NCBI GenBank assembly: GCA_046347205.1
Contig: JAXMGN010000002.1
Coordinates: 670,224-734,223, forward strand
Length of the DNA: 64,000 nucleotides
Source: Pseudomonadales bacterium
Lineage (GTDB): Bacteria; Pseudomonadota; Gammaproteobacteria; Pseudomonadales; UBA7239
Reading direction: 5' to 3'
Shown here: piece after piece, positions 57,751 through 64,000 of the stretch
How positions within the stretch are numbered: the stretch's first letter is position 1
How the letters are laid out: the number at the start of each line of letters is the position of its first letter
The notes under the pieces: model-generated
Databases searched by the model: none
What the model saw: only the letters and a program-made list of their open reading frames with translations
What the model was told of the DNA's origin: nothing
Translations under genes and position numbers: made by a program

Positions 57751-59613
57751 GTGTCTAGCTCCAGCCATCGCCCCGTTGCCATCCTCGGTATCTCCGCCTA
57801 CTACCACGACAGCGCCGCCGCGCTGGTGGTGGATGGCAACATCGTCGCCGCCGCGCAAGAAGAGCGCTTTACGCGCAAAAAGCACGACGCCGAGTTCCCA
57901 GCAGAAGCTATTCGCTACTGCCTGCGTGAAGCCGGTTTGTCGCTGACCGACATCACGCATGTGGTGTTTTATGACAAACCCCTCATCAAATTTGAACGCT
58001 TGATGGAAACCTATCTCGCCTACGCGCCCGCAGGTTTTCGCTCGTTTGTCAAAGCCATTCCGGTATGGCTAAAAGAAAAACTGTATTTGAAAAAAACGCT
58101 GCGCCGTGAATTGGCAGAACTCGGCAGCATTAAAGAAACGAATTTACCGCCACTGCTCTTCACTGAGCACCACCAATCGCACGCCGCTTCTGCTTTTTTC
58201 CCCAGCCCTTTTGAAAAAGCCGTGGTGATGTGTTTAGACGGCGTGGGCGAATGGGCAACCAGCTCCGTGTGGTTGGGCGACGGCAACACACTCACACCGC
58301 AGTGGGATATTAACTTTCCGCATTCACTCGGTTTACTGTATTCCGCGTTCACTTATTACACCGGCTTCAAAGTCAATTCCGGCGAATACAAGCTAATGGG
58401 ATTGGCGCCTTATGGCACGCCCAAATATGTCGATCTAATTTTTGATCATTTAATTGATGTAAAAGCGGATGGCAGCTTTCGCTTAAACATGAGTTACTTT
58501 AATTACGCCGCCGGTTTAACCATGACGAATGAAAAATTTCATCGTCTATTTAATGGTCCACCACGCGCACGCGAGTCCGAAGTTTCACAAAAAGAAATGG
58601 ACATTGCACGCTCCATTCAAGTGGTCACTGAAGAAATCGTTTTAAAGTTGGCGCGCACAGCACACAAAGAATTGGGCGTCGACAAACTCTGTCTCGCCGG
58701 TGGCGTAGCATTGAATTGTGTGTCGAATGGTCGCCTGCTGCGTGAAGGCCCATTTTCTGAAATTTGGGTACAACCGGCTGCGGGCGATGCCGGCGGTGCG
58801 CTCGGTGCAGTACTGGCTATTTGGCATCAATACCTTGAAAAACCGCGCATACCACAACCCAGCGATGCCATGCAGGGCGGCTATCTCGGCCCGCGCTACA
58901 GCGATGCAGAAATCACCGCCTATTTAGATAGCGTTGGTGCTAAATATCAGCGCCTCGATGACAAAGAACTTCTGCCCAAGCTGGCGCACATTATGGCCAG
59001 TGAAAATGTTATCGGCTGGTTTCAAGGGCGCATGGAATTTGGTCCGCGCGCACTCGGTGGTCGCTCAATTATCGGCGATCCACGCAGCCCCAAAATGCAA
59101 TCGGTGATGAACTTAAAAATCAAATACCGCGAATCGTTTCGCCCATTTGCACCTGCCGTTAAAGCCGACAAAGTGAGCGAATGGTTTCAACACCAAGCCG
59201 TCAGTCCGTATATGTTGATGGTGGCTCCCGTGGCAGAAGACAAACGCATTCCGATGACACTGGAGCAAGAGCGTTTATTTGGCATCGAAAAACTTAACGT
59301 ACCGCGCTCACAAATTCCCGCAGTAACGCATGTGGATTATTCCGCGCGCATTCAAACTGTGCATCCAGAAACCAATCCGCGTTTTTACACGCTGTTGGAC
59401 GAATTTGAAAAACTCACCGGCTGCCCTGTCTCCATCAACACTTCGTTTAACGTGCGCGGCGAACCTATCGTCAATACGCCGGAAGATGCCTACCGCTGCT
59501 TCATGCGCTGTGAAATGGATTATTTAGTATTGGAAAATTATTTACTCGCCAAACCAGAACAACCGGTATGGGAGAAAAACGATAACTGGAAAGACGAATT
59601 CGAGTTGGACTGA
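57751..59613 (+). CDS. carbamoyltransferase (NodU/CmcH family)
   Basis: N-terminal ILGISAYYHDSAAALVVDGNIVAAAQEERFTRKKHD and the C-terminal carbamoyltransferase domain (SFNVRGEPIV). GTG start. Confidence 0.9.
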   Translation: MSSSSHRPVAILGISAYYHDSAAALVVDGNIVAAAQEERFTRKKHDAEFPAEAIRYCLREAGLSLTDITHVVFYDKPLIKFERLMETYLAYAPAGFRSFVKAIPVWLKEKLYLKKTLRRELAELGSIKETNLPPLLFTEHHQSHAASAFFPSPFEKAVVMCLDGVGEWATSSVWLGDGNTLTPQWDINFPHSLGLLYSAFTYYTGFKVNSGEYKLMGLAPYGTPKYVDLIFDHLIDVKADGSFRLNMSYFNYAAGLTMTNEKFHRLFNGPPRARESEVSQKEMDIARSIQVVTEEIVLKLARTAHKELGVDKLCLAGGVALNCVSNGRLLREGPFSEIWVQPAAGDAGGALGAVLAIWHQYLEKPRIPQPSDAMQGGYLGPRYSDAEITAYLDSVGAKYQRLDDKELLPKLAHIMASENVIGWFQGRMEFGPRALGGRSIIGDPRSPKMQSVMNLKIKYRESFRPFAPAVKADKVSEWFQHQAVSPYMLMVAPVAEDKRIPMTLEQERLFGIEKLNVPRSQIPAVTHVDYSARIQTVHPETNPRFYTLLDEFEKLTGCPVSINTSFNVRGEPIVNTPEDAYRCFMRCEMDYLVLENYLLAKPEQPVWEKNDNWKDEFELD

Positions 59614-60041
59614 TGACTGCTTCTGACAAAAAAACTGCAATGACAGATGCCGAATTGCGCAAATTCGGTTTGGTAACCGGTGCTATATTGATCGGCTTGA
59701 TCGGCTGCTTTTTGCCGTGGCTCAAAGGTGGCATCGAAAAAATGCTGCACTGGTTGCTTTATGTAGGACCGGTTGGTGGTGCGCTGATCGTCTGGGCACT
59801 GCTGCATCCAGCGAGCCTCATTCACTTCTACAAACCGTGGATGAAGCTGGCAGAAGGACTAGGCTTCATCAACACGCGCATTATTTTGTTCATTTTGTTC
59901 TACGGTCTATTTATGCCCATGGGCTTGATCATGCGACTCACCGGCAAAGACCCCATGCACCGCCAGCTCAACGCCGCTCTGGACACTTACCGCGTGACCC
60001 GCAACAATCCCGCCCGCCAACATATGGAGAAACCCTACTGA
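59613..60041 (+). CDS. SxtJ-family small membrane protein
   Basis: 142 aa with 3-4 TM segments. The start overlaps the carbamoyltransferase stop (TGATG), which is the usual position of SxtJ-like genes. Confidence 0.6.
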   Translation: MTASDKKTAMTDAELRKFGLVTGAILIGLIGCFLPWLKGGIEKMLHWLLYVGPVGGALIVWALLHPASLIHFYKPWMKLAEGLGFINTRIILFILFYGLFMPMGLIMRLTGKDPMHRQLNAALDTYRVTRNNPARQHMEKPY

Positions 60042-60193
60042 TGCTTGAACTACTCAAAGACTTCGCTGGTTTCATGAAAGAGCGCAAGAAATACTGGCTG
60101 GCACCTATCGTTATTGTGCTCTTGCTACTCGGTTTGTTGATTGTGTTCGCCCATGGCTCGGCAGTAGCACCTTTCATCTATACCTTGTTCTAA
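60041..60193 (+). CDS. DUF5989 family small membrane protein
   Basis: 50-aa product MLELLKDFAGFMKERKKYWLAPIVIVLLLLGLLIVFAHGSAVAPFIYTLF matches the DUF5989 pattern (KERKK-W-L-P ... GSAVAPFIYTLF). The start overlaps the SxtJ stop (TGATG). In the ORF track it is hidden inside the longer 59717-60193 ORF. Confidence 0.7.
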   Translation: MLELLKDFAGFMKERKKYWLAPIVIVLLLLGLLIVFAHGSAVAPFIYTLF

Positions 60194-60208
60194 ACAGCCA
60201 CTCTGCGA

Positions 60209-60240
60209 AAAGCCCGCTTCTTTCAAGGCGGGCTTTTTTA
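60209..60240 (+). terminator. rho-independent terminator after the DUF5989 gene
   Basis: AGCCCGC-N10-GCGGGCT followed by TTTTT. Confidence 0.7.
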
Positions 60241-60330
60241 TGCCTTACAGATCGGCAGATGCGAAAATAAATGATAACAATTCGTATTTGCTGTAGAATA
60301 CACGCGCCCACTTTAAGGAGAATCTCTGTT

Positions 60331-61020
60331 ATGCGTCGCTCTTACCTGTCTCTGTTGCTTGGCTGTGCGCTGGCGCTGCCCACTTTGGCTCATGCCGGCC
60401 TCAGTTTGACCACCACAGCCGCCACGAACTACATTGCCGATGGCGTCAGCACATCAGACAACGGTCCAGTGCTACAGCTAGGGTTGGACTACGAACACGA
60501 CAGTGGTTTTTACGCAGGTGTTTGGGCTTCCAATGTCGACAGCGATGAGAAAGGCACTCCCAACCTTGAATTGGATTATTCCATTGGTTTCAAACACAAA
60601 TTAACCGATGCCATCGAAGGCGACGTGGGCATCACGCACTACAGCTGGTATCACCCAGATGGAAACAGTGACGAATGGAATTACCAAGAATGGTATGCCG
60701 GCCTCACTTGGATGGAAAATACATCCTTGTACTACTACTACGCCGATGACAGCAAAGTGTGGGATGGCGTACAGCGCCGTATCATCGCCGAGCATGTACA
60801 GCCCCTGCCAAAAGATTTTTCACTTATCTTGACGGCTGAGCGCGTGGACTTGGAAACCTCTATTGCCGAAGACTACAGCGCGTATCGCATTGGTGTAGCC
60901 AAAACTTGGTTTGATGTGGACTTCACACTGAGCTACTGGAGCAACTCCATTCACGATGGTGACAGCACAACCAAAGATCACATTGTGCTAGAAGCCAGCA
61001 AAACTTTTGATCTGTTTTAA
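60331..61020 (+). CDS. TorF-family putative outer-membrane porin
   Basis: Signal peptide ending LAHA, then the family pattern TNYIADGVSTSDNGPVLQLGLDYEHDSGFYAGVWASNVD. Ends in an aromatic residue (F). Confidence 0.7.
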   Translation: MRRSYLSLLLGCALALPTLAHAGLSLTTTAATNYIADGVSTSDNGPVLQLGLDYEHDSGFYAGVWASNVDSDEKGTPNLELDYSIGFKHKLTDAIEGDVGITHYSWYHPDGNSDEWNYQEWYAGLTWMENTSLYYYYADDSKVWDGVQRRIIAEHVQPLPKDFSLILTAERVDLETSIAEDYSAYRIGVAKTWFDVDFTLSYWSNSIHDGDSTTKDHIVLEASKTFDLF

Positions 61021-61047
61021 TTCTCCAACGATCAGAGCAACACCAAT

Positions 61048-61078
61048 AAAAAAGCCCGCAGCGATGCGGGCTTTTTTG
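61048..61078. terminator. bidirectional rho-independent terminator
   Basis: AAAAAAGCCCGCA-GCGA-TGCGGGCTTTTTT, with A/T runs on both sides, between convergent genes. Confidence 0.75.
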
Positions 61079-61114
61079 TGTTTCTTCGTTTCAACAGTTC
61101 ACTGTTTCAACAAC

Positions 61115-62023
61115 TCACTGCGGCGGAACAGAAAAACCACCCCACACAGGTGTGTGGTTCGCATCAAAGTAGGCAGACAGCGAGCTATGCAAACCTTCTT
61201 GTGTCCACTTGCCACCTTGCGGGTTATCGTAATGCGTGTCGATTGTTGGACGCTGCACGATAGTGACGCGCGGCCCCCACACAATGAACACTTCGCCAGA
61301 AATATGACCCGCATTCGGTGAAGCGAGATAAGACACCAACGGCGCAACATTCGCTGGATCAAACACATCAAAACCGTCTTGCGGCTTAGCGAACATCGCA
61401 GCGGTTGCACCTTGATCCGTCATCGCTGTGCGCGCGCGCGGCATGATGACATTGCAAGTGATGCCGTACTTAATCATCAACTGCGCAGCACCCATGGTCA
61501 TGGCTGTGATGCCGGCTTTAGCGGCAGCGTAGTTGGGCTGACCGGCAGAGCCGAACAACATCGCTTCCGAAGAGGTGCTGATTAAACGACCGTAATGTGA
61601 GCCAGTCGCTTTCGCTTTTTCGCGCCAGTAGGCGGTGGCATTGCGCATGTTCACGAAGTGACCACGCAAGTGCACACGCACCACGGAATCAAACTCTTCA
61701 TCGCTCATGCCGAAGATCGTTTTGTCGCGACAGAAACCGGCGTTGTTCACCATGATGTTCATATCGCCGTACGTTTCCAGCGTGGTTTTCATCAGGTTTT
61801 GCGCGTCGTTGCTGTCGGCGCAATCGCCAAACACAGCGATGGCTTCGCCGCCAAAACCTTTGATGATTTCCACCGCTTCTTGCGCTGCTTCTTGCGCCGC
61901 AGGAATGCCGATGTCATTGATGACTACACGCGCACCGTTGCGCGCCAACTCAATCGCTTCTTCACGACCCAAACCGCGACCCGCGCCCGTGACAATCGCC
62001 ACTTTACCGTCTAAAACTGCCAT
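61115..62023 (-). CDS. SDR-family oxidoreductase (3-hydroxyacyl-CoA / 3-oxoacyl reductase-like)
   Basis: Rossmann motif VTGAGRGLGRE, NNAG, and catalytic YAAAK. Confidence 0.8.
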   Translation of the reverse strand: MAVLDGKVAIVTGAGRGLGREEAIELARNGARVVINDIGIPAAQEAAQEAVEIIKGFGGEAIAVFGDCADSNDAQNLMKTTLETYGDMNIMVNNAGFCRDKTIFGMSDEEFDSVVRVHLRGHFVNMRNATAYWREKAKATGSHYGRLISTSSEAMLFGSAGQPNYAAAKAGITAMTMGAAQLMIKYGITCNVIMPRARTAMTDQGATAAMFAKPQDGFDVFDPANVAPLVSYLASPNAGHISGEVFIVWGPRVTIVQRPTIDTHYDNPQGGKWTQEGLHSSLSAYFDANHTPVWGGFSVPPQ

Positions 62024-62063
62024 ACTTTTCTCCTCTCAAAAATTCAAAAAAACAACACAAAAA

Positions 62064-63245
62064 TTAAATACGCTCGATGATGGTACCTGTACCGATCGAT
62101 GCACCGCAGCACATGGTGATCAACGCGGTGGTTTTATCGGCGCGCTCTAACTCGTGCAACGCAGTACAAATCAAACGCGCGCCGGTTGAACCGACAGGGT
62201 GACCGAGTGCAATCGCGCCGCCGTTCACATTCACTTTGCTCATGTCGGCGTTGAACACGCGCTGCCAGCTCAACACTACCGCCGCAAACGCTTCGTTGAT
62301 TTCTACGAGATCAATATTGCTCATGTTCATGCCGGTTTTTTTGAACAGCAATTCGGTTGCGTTTACAGGACCATCCAACAAATAGTAAGGATCCGTACCC
62401 GCTACTACGCCAGTGATGATACGCGCACGCGGCTTCAAACCACGACGCAGTGCTTCTTCTTTGCTCATCCACAACACGGCAGCCGAGCCGTCAGAGATCT
62501 GTGAGGAGTTGCCGGCTGTGTGGATGCCGCCTTCCGCCACCGTGCGCAGTTGGCTCAAACCTTCCATCGTCGTTTCACGCAGACCTTGATCACGCGTCAC
62601 CAATTTGGTTTGACCATTGGGCTTGCCATCATCACCAAACGCAGGCGCTTCCACTTTTAAGACTTCGCGATCAAAACGGCCTTCTGCCCACGCTTGCTGC
62701 GCTTTTTTCTGCGAGATAAAACCGAGCTCATCGGCATCGGCGCGCGTGATACCGCGCAATTTTGCAATGCGCTCTGCCGAAGCAAATTGATCCGGCGTTG
62801 AATCCCATGGCCAACTCTGCGGCTGGAAGAAACCAGGGCCGTTGTACACGTTTGAGCCCATCGGCACGCGACTCATCGCTTCCACACCGCAAGCGATACC
62901 GATATTGATTTGACCGGATTGAATCAACGAAGACACGATGTGGTTAGCCGCTTGTGCTGAACCGCACTGCGTATCCACCGAGCAAGCGCCCGCGGTGTAA
63001 TCTTTGCCGATCGACAACCACGCATTGCGTGTGACGTTGCCAGACTGCTCACCGGCTTGCGTCACGCAGCCGCCGTACAGCTGGTCAACATCTTTCATGT
63101 CAACGCCCGCTTTATCCAGCACGCCTTTCATCGACAACGCCAATAATTCCGTGGCGTGAAAACCGTGCAAATCGCCAACGATGGCTTTGCCGCGCGCAAT
63201 TGGCGTGCGCACCGCTTCAACAATGACTGCTTCTCTCATGGTCAT
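62064..63245 (-). CDS. acetyl-CoA C-acyltransferase (thiolase)
   Basis: Thiolase N-terminus EAVIVEAVRTPIARGK, active-site Cys context VDTQCGSAQ, and C-terminal NVNGGAIALGHPVG / CCGASIG. Confidence 0.9.
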   Translation of the reverse strand: MTMREAVIVEAVRTPIARGKAIVGDLHGFHATELLALSMKGVLDKAGVDMKDVDQLYGGCVTQAGEQSGNVTRNAWLSIGKDYTAGACSVDTQCGSAQAANHIVSSLIQSGQINIGIACGVEAMSRVPMGSNVYNGPGFFQPQSWPWDSTPDQFASAERIAKLRGITRADADELGFISQKKAQQAWAEGRFDREVLKVEAPAFGDDGKPNGQTKLVTRDQGLRETTMEGLSQLRTVAEGGIHTAGNSSQISDGSAAVLWMSKEEALRRGLKPRARIITGVVAGTDPYYLLDGPVNATELLFKKTGMNMSNIDLVEINEAFAAVVLSWQRVFNADMSKVNVNGGAIALGHPVGSTGARLICTALHELERADKTTALITMCCGASIGTGTIIERI

Positions 63246-63402
63246 GGGATAGTTCCTCAGGATGGGTAAATGGTCAGAAGTCTGGCTATACAGGGCAGAG
63301 TGTGCTGGCTAACATAGCGCCTCTTTTGCCCGTCGCCCGTTAAAAAAACAGGGGCGTATTGTAGGCGCTGAACCATCCCCCTTCCAGCTCAGGAGAATAC
63401 TT

Positions 63403-63870
63403 ATGAAGCAGTTTAAGTACGACGATATCGACGGCTTGCAGAGCCTGGTGTCCAGCGAATTTGGCGCATGGTCCAATGAGGTAGAAGTGACACAAGAGAT
63501 GGTCAACCAATTTGCCACCCTGACCGGCGACGACTACTGGCTGCACACCGATCCTGAGCGTTGCAAAAAAGAAAGCCCTTTCGGTACCACCATCGTGCAC
63601 GGCTTTTTGACGCTGGTTCTGCTGCCAAAAATGCAAACACCGCCCAACTGGGAAGTCACCGGCTTCAACCACATGATGAACTACGGCTCCAACAAACTGC
63701 GCTTCACCGGCGCGGTGACTGTCGGCAGCAAAATTCACACACGCTCGCGTGTAGCCTCGGTAGAAAAAACACCGAAAGGCCAAACCTGCGTGACGATGGA
63801 AAACCATATCCATGTGGTCGGCCAAGAGCGCCCAGCGGTGATCTACGAATTGATGTTCATGTACATGTAA
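63403..63870 (+). CDS. MaoC-family (R)-specific enoyl-CoA hydratase / dehydratase
   Basis: Hot-dog hydratase motif FATLTGDDYWLHTDPE ... TIVHGFLT. Confidence 0.8.
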   Translation: MKQFKYDDIDGLQSLVSSEFGAWSNEVEVTQEMVNQFATLTGDDYWLHTDPERCKKESPFGTTIVHGFLTLVLLPKMQTPPNWEVTGFNHMMNYGSNKLRFTGAVTVGSKIHTRSRVASVEKTPKGQTCVTMENHIHVVGQERPAVIYELMFMYM

Positions 63871-63935
63871 CGCCCTGCCAATCCGCGCGGCGAGCCGTCA
63901 TACTGTGGTGACGGTTTTCAGCGCGGAATCTTTTG

Positions 63936-64000
63936 ATGAACTACCTACTGCCCCTCTCCATCATCGCCCTCGGCGCGCTGCTGTTGCTCGGCAATCTCGG
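63936..64000 (+). CDS. start of a hydrophobic (membrane or secreted) protein, truncated by the window end
   Basis: ATG at 63936 translates to MNYLLPLSIIALGALLLLGNL.... Only 21 codons are visible. Confidence 0.25.
   Translation, partial: MNYLLPLSIIALGALLLLGNL

Noticed and set aside
1-64000. CRISPR arrays, rRNA genes, IS elements or transposases, and long dispersed repeats
   Set aside because: Reading all intergenic regions, I found no regularly spaced direct repeats, no rRNA-like sequence and no transposase-like ORF. The only repeat-like signals are the TolA coding repeats and generic GC-rich terminator hairpins. An exhaustive repeat search by computer was not possible.

Overview
This 64-kb window looks like gammaproteobacterial chromosome. 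Its gene order resembles Pseudomonas and relatives: queC-queE-cpoB-pal-tolBARQ-ybgC-ruvB, ubiG-HAD-yciK, ssb-MFS, nusB-ribH, purMN-DUF3108 and lolCDE. About 85% of the window (10.7-64 kb) is ordinary housekeeping sequence of roughly 50-58% GC: queuosine synthesis, Tol-Pal, fabAB, ubiquinone, purine, riboflavin and thiamine genes, Lol, DinG, Ssb and similar. The left end is different. Bases ~1.2-10.6 kb are a clearly AT-richer accessory island next to a tRNA-Lys(UUU) gene that sits beside queC. The island carries a tyrosine integrase, an Xis/AlpA-like HTH gene, a DUF927-type P-loop helicase and a Rep_trans-like initiator. Its cargo block (1476-6066) holds an AbiEi/AbiEii abortive-infection pair plus two unassignable genes. 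The AbiEii nucleotidyltransferase has an unusual ~180-aa C-terminal extension with a WYL-like barrel and a Cys/His zinc-finger-like tail. I rank this cargo block as the best candidate for an undescribed anti-phage system. The second candidate is a tightly packed plus-strand cluster at 53.1-61.0 kb. It contains an NdvB-like GH17-GT2 beta-1,3-glucan synthase, an NRDE protein, an unknown 417-aa protein, a NodU-type carbamoyltransferase, SxtJ, DUF5989 and a TorF-type porin, and may make a carbamoylated periplasmic glucan. Smaller observations include a canonical LexA box upstream of ssb, ruvB without ruvA, an envelope-modification-like gene run after yciK, and several orphan ORFs. I saw no CRISPR array, rRNA or transposase. 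All calls come from reading the ORF translations and the DNA by eye. No database search was run, so family assignments are motif-based and start codons are best guesses.
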